Shown here: positions 1-10,699 of the stretch, piece by piece
Layout of the letters: each line of letters starts with the position of its first letter
Numbering within the stretch: the first letter of the stretch is position 1
DNA from: an uncultured Planctomycetota bacterium
GTDB lineage: Bacteria > Planctomycetota > Planctomycetia > Isosphaerales > Isosphaeraceae
NCBI GenBank assembly: GCA_963737655.1
Contig: CAVTTN010000002.1
Span: 736,001-800,000, forward strand
Length of the DNA: 64,000 nt
Direction: 5' to 3'
Made by a program: the position numbers and the translations under genes
Notes under the pieces: generated by a model
Database searches by the model: none
What the model was told of the DNA's origin: nothing
The model's input: only the letters and a program-made list of their open reading frames with translations

Positions 1-777
1 GGTGCCCGAGGTCTCGCCCATGTTGCCGAAGACCATCGCCTGGACGTTCACCGCCGTGCCCTTGAGCCCGGAGATCCGCTCGATCCGCCGGTACTCGATC
101 GCCTTCTTGCCGTTCCAGGAGTTGAACACGGCGTTGATGGCCAGCATGAGCTGCTGGACGGGGTCTTGCGGGAAGTCCTCGTGGACGTGGTGCTTGTAGA
201 CGGCCTTGTACCGCTTGACCAGCTCCTTCAGGTCGTCGGCCGAGAGCTGGGTGTCGAGCTCGACGCCCTTCTCCTTCTTCAGCGAGGAGAGCTCGTGCTC
301 GAACAGCTCGTGCTCGACGCCCATCGCCGTGGAGCCGAACATGTCGATCAACCGGCGGTAGCCGTCGAGGGCGAACCGGGCGTTGCCGGTCTTCTTGGCC
401 AGCCCCTCGACCGAGGCATCGGTCAACCCCAGGTTCAAGATCGTGTTCATCATCCCCGGCATGGAGAGCGCGGCGCCGGAGCGGACGGAGACGAGCAGGG
501 GGTCGCTCGGGTCGCCGAACTTGGCGCCGTAGAGGCTCTCCATCTGCTTGATGGCGGCCTGGATCTGGGGGACGGCGGCCTCGGGGAGCTTCTTGCCGTT
601 CTCGTAGTAGGCGGCGCAGACCTCGGTGGTGATGGTGAAGCCCGGGGGGACGGGGATGCCGATGACGCTCATCTCGGCGAGGTTGGCGCCCTTGCCGCCG
701 AGCAGCTCCTTCATGTCGGCCTTGCCGTCGGCCTTGCCGCCGCCGAACGAGTACACGTATTTGGGCTGATCGGACAT
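1..777 (-). CDS. ppdK: pyruvate, phosphate dikinase (5' part; runs off window start)
   Basis: Reverse strand from ATG at 777 reads MSDQPKYVYSFGGGKADGKADMKELLGGKGANLAEM...PVPPGFTITTEVC...LLVSVRSGAALSMPGMMNTILNLG...GTAVNVQAMVFGNMG, the classic PPDK N-terminus. Not in the ORF track because it is truncated. Confidence 0.97.
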   Translation of the reverse strand, partial: MSDQPKYVYSFGGGKADGKADMKELLGGKGANLAEMSVIGIPVPPGFTITTEVCAAYYENGKKLPEAAVPQIQAAIKQMESLYGAKFGDPSDPLLVSVRSGAALSMPGMMNTILNLGLTDASVEGLAKKTGNARFALDGYRRLIDMFGSTAMGVEHELFEHELSSLKKEKGVELDTQLSADDLKELVKRYKAVYKHHVHEDFPQDPVQQLMLAINAVFNSWNGKKAIEYRRIERISGLKGTAVNVQAMVFGNMGETSGT

Positions 778-781
778 CGGT

Positions 782-1090
782 CTACTGAACTCCATGAGAC
801 GCGGCGGGAAGGGCGCGCCGGCCCCGTCCCGGGGCCTTCGACGCAAGGGCCATGCACCGCAAAACGTAACGGATCGAGGGGCGGACCGTCAAGTGCCCCG
901 ACGGGCCCCCCTCCCTCTGAAGGAGCACCGCGAACCACGCCGCCAGCTCGTCGCCGTCGCCCGCCGAGCCGATCGGCGTGATCGCCACGACCCGCCACCC
1001 GTCCTGAAGGTATTCGTCCAGGTGCTCCTGGACCCCGCGATCCTCGTCCACGAGGGTGGTCATATAGATCGTGATCAGCCGCTGTTCCAT
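782..1090 (-). CDS. small hypothetical protein, DUF4177-like (true stop may be near 890)
   Basis: MEQRLITIYMTTLVDEDRGVQEHLDEYLQDGWRVVAITPIGS...WFAVLLQRE. The 'L.ey...GW.vv.i' pattern resembles DUF4177-type small proteins. The tail after about aa 60 looks non-coding. Confidence 0.6.
   Translation of the reverse strand: MEQRLITIYMTTLVDEDRGVQEHLDEYLQDGWRVVAITPIGSAGDGDELAAWFAVLLQREGGPSGHLTVRPSIRYVLRCMALASKAPGRGRRALPAASHGVQ
863..892 (-). promoter_or_regulatory. candidate sigma70-type promoter for ppdK
   Basis: Minus strand TTGACG-N18-TACGTT, about 85 nt upstream of the ppdK ATG. Confidence 0.35.
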
Positions 1091-1125
1091 CACCGGGCCC
1101 TCCCTAATGCGCGGCCCTCGCCCAC

Positions 1126-4100
1126 TCATTTCTCGTCGAGAAGCGTCGGGCCGGCGTCCCAGATGTGAACTTCGCCGAGCTTGCCCCCGGCCGATACGAT
1201 CTTCCGGCGGTCTCCGCTGACGGCCAGGGTCGATCCGCCGCCCGGGATCGAGAGGAATTCGGTCCCTTCCTCCGCGTCCCACACGCGGATCGACCCATCC
1301 GAGCTGCCGGTGAACATCCGCCGACCATCGCCGCTGAACCCGACGCCGTCGACGAAATCGGTGTGGCCTCTCAGCGTCCTCAGCTCCCGGCCCGAGGCGA
1401 CGTCCCAGAGCTTGGCGGTGTGGTCGCGGCTGCCGGTGATCAAGCGCGTGCCGTCGGCCGAGAAGGCCAGGGACATGCCCGCGGCCGAATGGGCGGTGAC
1501 GTGCGACCACAGGGGCTGGCGGGCGGTCAGGTCCCACAGCGCCACCCCGCCGTTGGAGCCGATCACGGCCAGGCGGTCCCCCGCCGGATGGAAGGCGAGA
1601 AAGGGGATCTCGGCGACGTGCCCCATCGAGTCTCCCATGGGCTGACCCGTCTTCGCATCCCAGAGCCGCACGGTCTTGTCCGTCCCGCCCGTGGCGAGCG
1701 TCTGGCCGTCGGGGCTATAGGCGACGCACGAGACGTGCTCATGGGCGCGGAAGCTCAGGATCGGCTTGCCGCTTTCGAGGTTCCAGATGATCACCGTGCC
1801 GTCGCAGGCGGTCGCGAGTCGGCCTCCTTCCGGGCGAAACGACACGCTGAGGACGGTGTTCGAGTGCCTCAGGGTCTGGGCCCTCCGACCGGTCTCGGCA
1901 TCCCAGACGACGGCCATCCCATCGCCGCTGGCGGCGGCCACGAGCTTGGCGTCCCGGCTGAAGGCGACCTGGGTAATCCGGGAGGAGGATCCGATCAGGT
2001 CAAGTCTCTCTGGGGGCTTAATGTCCAGGTCCCAGATGCGTGTGTCATTGCACGAGGTCGCCAGGCTCCGGCCGTCAGGCGAGAAGGCGAGGTCGATCGC
2101 GCCTTCGTGGGGGAACTCGAACCACTGGCGCCCCGCTTTGCTGGGGTCATCCAGGCAGCCCTCGCCGTGGAGGAGGAGGCCGGATGCGTTGTGGGCACGG
2201 AAGGTCAACGCCTCGCGGCCAGTCGCCGTGTCCCAGAGACCGACCCGCCCGCGGGGGCCATCGGCCGCCGTCGGCTTGCGGGGATGATACGGCCAGGTGT
2301 CGCCCGCGGCGATCCATCGGCCGTCGGGGCTGACGGCCAGGGACGCGAACTCGTGGAAGCCGGAGCCGAGCCGCTGGACCTGGCGTCCCGTCTCCAGGAC
2401 CCAGATGCGGACGGTCTTGTCATGGCTGGCCGAGGCGAGCCGGCGGCCGTCGCCGAGGAAGGCGACCCGGGAAATCGTTCCCTCGTGCCCCGACATCGTG
2501 AGGGCCACATCGCGTTCTCCGAGCCGGTGAAGAAGGACCAGGCGATCGGCCCCGCCCGAGGCCAGGAGGTGACCATCGGCGCTGAACGCCAGGCCGTAGA
2601 CCGCCTTCGAATGCCGGCGGATCACGTCTACCGGGGCGAGGTCGGCCACGCTCCACAGAATGAGACTCCCGTCCTCGCAACCGGCCGCCACGAGCCGGCC
2701 GTCCCGGCTCAGGGCCATTGACGTGATCCTGGACTGGGCATCGACCGAGCGCTTGACCTGCCCGGTCGCGGCGCTCCAGATCAGGACCTGGCTCCCCGAT
2801 GACGAGGCCAGCATCGCCCCCCCGGGGAGGAACTTGATGGCCCCGGACGGCTTCAAGAACGTCTCCCCGGCGGTGCCAGTCCTCGCATTCCAGAGGCTCG
2901 TGGATCTCTCCGCGAGTCCCACGGCGAGCGTCAGGCCCGACGGCCCGAAATCGATCGCCGGGACGCCCCAGGAGTGCCCCGGGATGACCAGCCGGGGCTT
3001 CGCCGTCGGCCCGGCCACTATCGGCTGGTTGGCCAGGGCGATCGTGGGTGAGAGCTGGCGCTTCAGGTACGACCATTCCCAGCCCCTCTGCTCGGCCGGG
3101 CAGCGGTCGAGCAGGGGGCCGACGAGGTCCCAGCCCTTCGCCTTCATCGCCCAGTCGGCGGCCCGGATCAGGTCCGCGTAGGTCTCGGCCTTCGGGGCAG
3201 GTGGGTTCGCTTCCTCCGGGATCGAGGGGTCCTGGGTCGCCCCCTTCGCCGCCGCGGTCACCTCCGTCCCGGGACCGGCCGGCGTGCCGGGGCCGGGTCC
3301 TGTGACCCTTGGAGGGTCGGGCTGGGACTCCGGCTCGGGGGCCTTCGCGGGCTCGGGTGCCGGGGCCCGTGGTGGGACGGTCCTGGCGATCGAGGGAAGG
3401 GAAGGGGTGGGATCCGGAGGGCCGTGGCGCCGGACGAACATCGCCCATCCGAGGAACGCCAGGCCGGTCAGGACGGCGGCGACCGCCGCCGCAACCCAGG
3501 GCCCTGCCGATCTCCGGCCCACGGTGCGACGGGGAGGGCCCGCGATCGTTGAGAGACTCGCCAGCGGGTCGGCCTTGGCCTCGAAAGGCTTCGTCGGCGC
3601 GGCCCGGGCGACCATCCGTCCATCGAGCCAGGCGGAAAGCGCCTCGGCCATCTCCGTGAGGCTGCCGAACCGCTCCTCGGGCGGCTTGGCCAGGGCCTTC
3701 ATGCAGATCGCTTCGAGGTCGGCCGGGACCTCGGGCCGGACCCTGGAGGGGGCTCGGGGGCCGTCCTCAGGACGTGGAAGATCACGACCGAGGGCGGCCC
3801 GCTGAACGGCGGGTGGCCGGCGAGCATCTCGTACAGGGTGGCGCCCAGGGCGTACTGGTCGCTCGCTGCGGTGGCCTCGCCCGAGCGGCCCGAAGCCTGC
3901 TCGGGTGCCATGTAGGCGGGCGTCCCGAGGATCGCCCCCGAGTGCGTAAGTCGGTCGGCCGAGCTTCCCCATCGGGCCAGCCCGAAATCCATCAGGAGGG
4001 CCCGGCCCCGGGTATCGATCATGACGTTCGCCGGCTTCACGTCGCGGTGGACGATCCCCAGCGAGTGCGCCTTGTCCAGGGCGCCGGCCAGGTCTCGGGC

Positions 4101-4604
4101 GATCCGGGCCGCCTCACGGGGGTCCATCGGCCCGTCGGCCAGGTGCTCCGAGAGGGTTCGGCCGGCGATCAGGGCCGCCGCGATGAACGGGAGGCCGTCG
4201 TGGGTCCCGGCCTCGAAGATCGGCACCACGTTGGGATGGCGGAGCTGCGCCGCCGCCCTCGCCTCGCGCAGGAACCGCTCGACGGCCGAGGAGTCGGCCA
4301 GGGTGCCGAGGTGGGGGACCTTAAGTGCGACCTCACGATCGAGGGACGGGTCATAGGCCCGGTAGACCGCCCCGAAGGCCCCCAGGCCCAGCCTCTGACG
4401 GACCTGGAACCGGCCCACCGCCGCCGGGACAGCCGTCGGCGAAGGGGGGGCCTGGAAGCCGCCCGACGCCCCCGAGGCGACGCCGGAGGCCGCCAGGGAG
4501 AACGTCCGGCCGCAACCCTTGCACCGCCCCACCCGCCCGGCCAGGCTCTCGTCGATCCGGAAGGACCGCCCGCATTCGGGGCAGAACACCGCGATATCCG
4601 CCAT
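1126..4604 (-). CDS. Zn-ribbon + Hanks-type Ser/Thr kinase + TM + WD40-repeat protein (apparent frameshift ~3750)
   Basis: CPEC..CKGC ribbon; GLGAFGAVY, VALK, HRDVKPAN, DFG and GTPAYMAPE in ORF 3699-4604; TM helix, RGWEWSYL and many WD40 repeats in ORF 1126-3972. One extra base in the G5 run at 3748-3752 joins them (APEPP-SRVRPEVPADLEAIC). Confidence 0.93.
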
Positions 4605-4790
4605 CTGAGCGACTCCGCTCCGAAGCTCCGTCGCCGGACCCGTTGCGAGAAATTGTGGCGGAGTTGCGCGCCTCCCTCAAGCGAAATCGCCCGGGCCGGG
4701 TCCATTTGCGGGGGGCGACCTGGTAGGATAAGCGGCGAGGCGCGGGCGAGGAGTCACGGCGGCAGCCAGGTTCGGACGGAGGCCCGAGCG

Positions 4791-5462
4791 ATGATCAAAC
4801 AGAGACCCCATCCCGGACGTCCTGGGTCCTGGCTCGCCCTCCTGCTGGCGATCGCCGCCCCGGCCGTCGCCCAGGATGGGCCTCCGACGATCGATTCGGC
4901 CGACCAGCGGTTCGAGAAGCTTCAGGCCGCGTTCCTGAAAGATCCGGCCAGGGTCCATTATCGCGACGTCCGCCGCGCGTTCGGCTCGACCACGTTCTAC
5001 GCCCCCTATGACCTGACCGTCCCGGAGAAGCTCCGGGAGATCTCCCTGGCGATCGGCCGGGGGGAATTGCAGGAGAGCGAGGCGGCCCTGCTCAAGCTCG
5101 CCCGGGCCGAGCGGCAGATGAGGCTCGACACCCTCGCCATGCTCCAGGGCCTCTATGAAAAGATGGGCCGGACCGACGACGCCCTCCGCGTCAAGGCCCG
5201 GATCGCCCCGATCCTCGACGTCCTCTTCGAGAAAGGGTCCGGCCAGAGCCTGGAGACGGCCATCCCCATCCTCTTCATCCAGGAAGAATACCTCGTGACG
5301 GTCAGGCTCCGGGTCAAGGAGAAGCTCCATGTGGTCCACGACGGCCACAAGTACGACGTCTTCACCCTCGAGGCCCGAGACGGCCAGCCGTCGCGGAAGG
5401 TCTATTTCCAGGTGGACCTCCCCCGCAAGGCGATCGGCAACACGCTGGACCTGGGCCGGTAG
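4791..5462 (+). CDS. exported protein, DUF4919-like
   Basis: Signal-peptide-like LALLLAIAAPAVAQD; motifs FYAPYD, AIPILFIQEEY, HKYDVF, KVYFQVD. Confidence 0.65.
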   Translation: MIKQRPHPGRPGSWLALLLAIAAPAVAQDGPPTIDSADQRFEKLQAAFLKDPARVHYRDVRRAFGSTTFYAPYDLTVPEKLREISLAIGRGELQESEAALLKLARAERQMRLDTLAMLQGLYEKMGRTDDALRVKARIAPILDVLFEKGSGQSLETAIPILFIQEEYLVTVRLRVKEKLHVVHDGHKYDVFTLEARDGQPSRKVYFQVDLPRKAIGNTLDLGR

Positions 5463-5478
5463 CCCGGCAGCCGCCCTG

Positions 5479-6855
5479 ATGATCGCGGCCCTGGCGGTCG
5501 GCCCGAGGACGCTCGCCGACGAGCCTCCCGGCCTGGCCCTGGAATACGCCCCGGCGCCGGCCGGCAACCCCCTCAAGGGCCTGGTCCCCTACGCCGGAGC
5601 GGTCCGCGAGGACTTCCCCCACAGCCTGGAATTCCGGTCCTTCCCGCTCTCCGACCTCATGACCGGGCCCGACCGGTTCTCCTGGACGCCCCTGGACGCC
5701 TTCCTCGACGACGTGGCCGGCCGAGGCCACCAGGCGGTGTTCCGCGTCTACCTGGAATACCCCGGCCGGAAGGACGTCCTGCCGAAATTCCTGGTCGAGG
5801 GCGGCCTCAAAATCCATCGCTACATGAACACTAATACTCAGCCGTTGCCGCCCTCGCCTGTGGAGACGCCGGATTACGAAGACCCTCGGCTCCGGGCCGC
5901 GTTGAAATCGTTCATCGCGGCGATGGGGGCGAGGTACGACGGCGACCCCCGGGTCGGGTTCCTGACCGCCGGGCTCCTGGGCACCTGGGGCGAGTGGCAC
6001 GACTATCCCCGGACCGAGCTGTTCGCCAGCAAGGCGGTCCAGGCCGAGGTCATGGACGCCTTCGAGAAGGCGTTCCGGGCTTCTCCGGTCCTCCTCCGAA
6101 ACCCGGCCGGGCCCGGGGACGTGCACTATGCGGAGAACGCCTCGCGGCGCCTCGGCTACCACGACGACTCGTTCGCGTGGACGACCCTCGACACCGGACG
6201 GCCCCAGGACGCCTGGTACTTCCTGCCCACCTTGAAGAGGGCGGGGCCATCGGCCGTGAATGCGTGGAAGACCCGGCCGATCGGCGGCGAGATCCGGCCC
6301 GAGGCGTGGGGCCTCGTGTTCGACGACCCGCCCGGTCCCAACGGGGTCCAGGACTTCGGCCGATCCGTGGCGGAGACCCATGCGACATGGTTGATGGACA
6401 GCGGGATGTTCCGCAAGGACAATCCGAAACCCCGCCGCGACCGCGCCGAGGCGGCCGTCCGCCGGATGGGCTACGAGTTCCACGTCCCCCGGGCCCGCCT
6501 CGCGATCGGCCCGGGGAGACGCCTCACGGTCGCTGCCGAGGTCGAGAACCGAGGCGTCGCACCTCTGTACCACGACTGGCCCGCCCGGTTCGCCCTGCTC
6601 GGGCCGTCGGGGACGATCGCGACGACCTTCGAGGCCGACGCCAGGCTCGCCGGCCTCCTTCCGGGCGGGCCGTCCCGGGCGCTGTCCGGCTCCTTCGACC
6701 TCTCGAAGATCGGGCCCGGCCGATATGCGGTCCTCCTGAGCGTCCCGAACCCCCTGCCGAAGGGCCCGCCGATCCGGTTCGCCAACAAGGAGCAGGACCG
6801 CGACCGCCCGGGATGGCTGACCCTGGGGACGATCCAGTTGCCGGCGACGCCCTGA
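5479..6855 (+). CDS. exported DUF4832-type protein (glycoside-hydrolase-like TIM barrel + C-terminal beta domain)
   Basis: NPLKGL, RYDGDPRVGFLTAGLLGTWGEWH, LGYHDDSF, PIGGEIRPE, RRMGYEF, VENRGVAPLYHDW, IRFAN. Confidence 0.8.
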   Translation: MIAALAVGPRTLADEPPGLALEYAPAPAGNPLKGLVPYAGAVREDFPHSLEFRSFPLSDLMTGPDRFSWTPLDAFLDDVAGRGHQAVFRVYLEYPGRKDVLPKFLVEGGLKIHRYMNTNTQPLPPSPVETPDYEDPRLRAALKSFIAAMGARYDGDPRVGFLTAGLLGTWGEWHDYPRTELFASKAVQAEVMDAFEKAFRASPVLLRNPAGPGDVHYAENASRRLGYHDDSFAWTTLDTGRPQDAWYFLPTLKRAGPSAVNAWKTRPIGGEIRPEAWGLVFDDPPGPNGVQDFGRSVAETHATWLMDSGMFRKDNPKPRRDRAEAAVRRMGYEFHVPRARLAIGPGRRLTVAAEVENRGVAPLYHDWPARFALLGPSGTIATTFEADARLAGLLPGGPSRALSGSFDLSKIGPGRYAVLLSVPNPLPKGPPIRFANKEQDRDRPGWLTLGTIQLPATP

Positions 6856-6954
6856 TCGCGAATCCCACCGCAGAGGGCCGGGGACGTTTCCGCCCGGGAG
6901 ACCGATCGGCCCCGGACGGGGATGAGGAATGGGGGAAAGACCGCCCCCGGTCCC

Positions 6955-7937
6955 TCAGCGGTGGCAGGGTTCCGCCTCCGCCCCGGTGGTCGGGGCGGTC
7001 GGCGAAAAGACGGTGGAGAGCCTGGAAGGCCACCCGCCGTCCGAGGCGAAGGCATGGCCGAAGACGAAGGCGAGGGAGGCGGCGACCAGGACCATCGCCA
7101 GGGCCGAGAAGACCCATCGGCGGAGCCGCCCCGGCCCCGTCCGCGACGGCCGCGCCCCCTCGGCCCAGGCAAGTTTGAGCCCGGAATCGCGGACGAACGA
7201 GGCCACGGCCACGGTCCGGGCGACCAGGCCCGGAGGGAGGCCGACCGGCGGCCCGCCCCCCGAACCGGAGCCGAGATCGGGACCGCCCCCCGAGGCCGAG
7301 GCCGAGGCCACGGCCGGCAGCCTCCAGATCAAGAGCGCCGCCAGCGCGATCCCCAGCCGGTCCAGCCTCCCCCGGAGGATCTCCCGGCGCGGGACAGCCG
7401 CCATTTGACCGTCCCGGTCGGGCAGCGGAGGCTCTCGGCGGCCTCGTCGCTGCTCAGGCCCTGCCAGTAGCAGAGCTCGATCGGGCGGCGGTACTTCTCC
7501 GGGAGGCGGGCGACCTCGGCCCGGACGATCGGCCGGAGGTCGGCCAGGTCATCCCGGGTCGGATCCGCCACCAGCCCGAGCTCGACGATCGCCCCTTCGC
7601 GGGCCTTCCTCCGGTCCGACTTCGCCCTGGCCCGACCCGCCACCCGCTCCGCCACCCGGGCCAGCCATGCCCCGAGGCTCGCCGTTTCCCGGATCGTGGC
7701 CGCCCGGTCCACCAGGACGAGGAAGGTCGCCTGGAACGCGTCCTCGACCTCCGACTCGTCCCGGACCCACTCGCGGCACTTCCGGAGGACCCGAGGCCCG
7801 TGCCGGACGATCAAAGCCTCGAACGCCTCCGCGTCCTTCTCGGCCACGAAACGGGCCAGGAGCAGGCCGTCGGGCTCCTCCGAGATCGGCTCGGCGGCGA
7901 CTCTCGGGGCGAATTTCGGGACGGGGGAGCGGGACAT
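6955..7937 (-). CDS. ECF sigma-70 factor with C-terminal membrane extension (apparent frameshift ~7387)
   Basis: Sigma2 (DAEAFEALIVRHGPRV, EDAFQATFLVL) and sigma4 (LPEKYRRPIELCYWQGLS..EAA..LRCPTGTVKWRLSRA). Adding one base continues into REILRGRLDRLGIALAALL and a later hydrophobic helix (VFSALAMVLVAASLAFVFG). Confidence 0.9.
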
Positions 7938-8106
7938 GGGGACCTCCTCGCCAGACGCCGGTCGGTCGGCAGGCCATCGAGGATCGCCGCGGAGCCGCCG
8001 GAGTCATCCCGGAGGGGCCGTGATCCGTCGGGCCTCGCCTTCCGGAGTGCCCGGACCGGGCCTCGCGGTTGGATGTTTCCTTCAAATCGTCGCCGGACGC
8101 CGGTTC

Positions 8107-8766
8107 CTACGCCCGGGCGGCCGGCTTCGGCCGGCTCGCGTTCCAAAAAGCCACGGCGATCCCCCCGCCGACCAGGCCCACGACGATCGCGGCCAGCGAG
8201 TGGCCGACGGTCAGGAAGTCGATCCGCGATCGTTCGCCGACGTCGAGCCGGTCGATCGTCACCCATTCGTCGAACTGGGCCGCGAAGTTATCGTAATGAA
8301 TTTTGATGCGTTCATCGGAGACCTCGACGATCGTGCTCGGCCAGTATTGATTGCCCCAGAACGTCCTCACGGCCGATCCGGGCTGGAGCGCCCGGGTCTG
8401 GTCCCGGAGCCCGGCCAGGAATTCGAGCAAGGGAACCGTCAGGAAGCTCGGGCCGACCGCGCCACGAGGGGCCGCGGTCGGGCCGGGGTTCGGCCGGTCG
8501 GCGAGGACCGTGGAGCCGGGGCCGAAGATCAGGAGGAGGTACGCCCCGCTGAACGTCGCAAACCCGGCGTACGATGCGCGATGCCCCTCCGGGGCGAACG
8601 CCGCCCCCATCGCGGCGGACAGCGAGGCGATCACCGCCAGCGAGAAGCCGGCGGACGCCCACCACGGATCGGCCAGCCGGAGGCCCGCCAGCCCGAGGCC
8701 GACCAGGACGACCAGGCCGATCGAGCCGGCGAGCGTCAGGCGAATCCTCGGCCTCGGCTTCGGCAT
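8107..8766 (-). CDS. multi-pass membrane protein with Tudor-knot/chromo-barrel-like domain
   Basis: Several hydrophobic helices plus LQPGSAVRTFWGNQYWPSTIVEVSDERIKIHYDNFAAQFDEWVTIDRL; GGAGGAG RBS upstream. Confidence 0.75.
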   Translation of the reverse strand: MPKPRPRIRLTLAGSIGLVVLVGLGLAGLRLADPWWASAGFSLAVIASLSAAMGAAFAPEGHRASYAGFATFSGAYLLLIFGPGSTVLADRPNPGPTAAPRGAVGPSFLTVPLLEFLAGLRDQTRALQPGSAVRTFWGNQYWPSTIVEVSDERIKIHYDNFAAQFDEWVTIDRLDVGERSRIDFLTVGHSLAAIVVGLVGGGIAVAFWNASRPKPAARA

Positions 8767-8798
8767 CGGGTCCGCTCCTCCCGACCTCGCCCGGGCCC

Positions 8799-10699
8799 TC
8801 AGAACTTCGACTTCGGCTTGGTCTTGGACTTCGGCACGGCCGGGGCGCGCCGACCCGTTCCACCAGCGCGTCCCAGACGTTCTTGGCGTGGACCTTCACG
8901 CCGAAATCCGGGTCGGGCGGCAGGTCGCGCATCGCCTTGAGCGTGTCCATCCCGCCGACTTCCTTGAGGATGTCCAAAGCCTTGCGCCTCATGTGCGGGT
9001 CGGCGTTGGAGAGCAAGGGGATCAGGGCCGGCTCGGCGGCCGTCCCATACGCCTTGAGCGCGTCCTCGGCCTCGAACTGGTGCTCCTTCAAGGCCGAGGC
9101 GAGCGCGTCGAGGGCCCGGGGGTCCTTGATCTTGCCGAGCGTCTTGATCGCCTGGGAACCCACGAACCCGCGGTTGTCGTCGATCCGGGCGATCAGGGCC
9201 GGGACGACCTCGGGCGTCTGCCAGGTGCCCAGCGCCTTGATCACGTCGCTCACGAAGAAGCCGTCGTCGTCGTCGAGCAGGGGGAGCAGGGCGCGGACGA
9301 CCTCCTCCCGCCGGTCGGTCGGAAACGTGCGTTCCAGGCGCTTGACGGCCTCTTTCTTCTTGAAGTCATCGCCGCCCTGGAGTTGCAGGAGCGACTTGGT
9401 GACCGGGTCGGCATCGGCGGGGATCACCGGCTCGGCGGGCCTCGGGCGATTGGCGTTGGGCCGGCCCCCGCCCGCGCCCGCGTTGCCGCCCCCGAAGCCC
9501 GGAGGGGCGGCCTGGGCGATCGCCTGCTTCTCTTCCTGCTTCTGCTTGTAAGAGGCGATCTCCTCGGTGGAGATCGAGTCGGGCCGCGCCTCCAGGACGA
9601 TCACCCGGCCCCGGATGCCCCGGACCTTGGCGAAATTCACCCTCGCGGCGAATGCCTTGATGTCGCTGACCGGGCCGAACCGGGTCGTCATGCGATCGCC
9701 GACGCTGGTCATCGACCCGCCGTTGACCGGGGCGTCGGCCAGGTCCTGGATCTTGGCCTCCAGGGCCTTCATCGCGTCTCCGGTCGGCGACTTGAGGACG
9801 ACCACGGTAATCAGCCCCATCGGGGCCGACCCCAGCGTCATCTTCGCCTTCACCCGGTCGATCTCGGCCATGAAGACGGCCGCCTGCGCCGCCTTGCCGG
9901 GCACCTGCATCTTCTGGCCCACGGCATGGAGCCGATCGAACACCGCGTCGATGTCGCCCTGGACCCTCTTGCGGAGCTCGACCAGCTCGGCCGTCGTCAG
10001 GTTGAACAGGGTCAGGGCCCGGGCGTCGATCTGCGCCTCCCTCGCCTGGATGTTGTTCATCTGATTGACCAGGGCCTGCGGGTTGGCATTCCCCTGGACG
10101 GCCCCGTCCAGCAAGCTGGCCACCTCGTTCAACAAGGCAATCTTTTCGCGGAAGACCTGTTCATGGGCCGAAAGGTCGCGGATCGACCCGCCGGTCGCCT
10201 CCTCGGCCACCGGCCCGCCCATGTCCTCGTTGGCCTTGCGGGCGATCTGGGTGACCTCGAGGGCCTCCTTGCCGGTCTGGATCAGGGGCAGGATCACGGC
10301 CGAGACCACGATCGCCAGCACCCCCACGCCCACGACGCTCGCCACGGCAACCCACACCCACTTCGGCAACCCGTCGCCCCCGCCTCCGCCGCCACCGCCG
10401 GAAGGCCGGGGACGGGGCCGGGCCGAGGACGGGGCCTCGAACGACGGCGCCGCCGACGTCTCGTCGAAGTCGTCCAGGGGCTCGTCGGCCGCCTCGTCGC
10501 CGAAGAGCTGCCGGAGCGCCGGGTCGGGGCCCTTCGGCTTCGGAGGGCCGGCCCCCGGAGACGCCGCCGAACTCATCGTCCGCGGCACCGGGATCTTCAT
10601 CTCCGCCCCGCACGACTTGCATCGGGCCTTCTTCCCCGCGTGCTTGTCGGGCAGGTCGTATTTCAGGCCGCAGCCGGGGCAGGTCATCCGGATCGGCAT
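8799..10699 (-). CDS. Zn-ribbon + TM + HEAT-repeat protein (apparent frameshift ~8845 near C-terminus)
   Basis: CPGC..CKSC ribbon, one TM (WVWVAVASVVGVGVLAIVVSAVIL), HEAT repeats (LLPLLDDDD..VIKALG; AIKTLGKIKDPRAL). One extra base gives the end APPAVPKSKTKPKSKF-stop at 8799, just before the next gene. Confidence 0.85.

Noticed and set aside
1..4604. Kinase upstream of ppdK as the PPDK regulatory kinase
   Set aside because: PPDK is regulated by the DUF299/PDRP family, not Hanks-type kinases; only adjacency supports a link.
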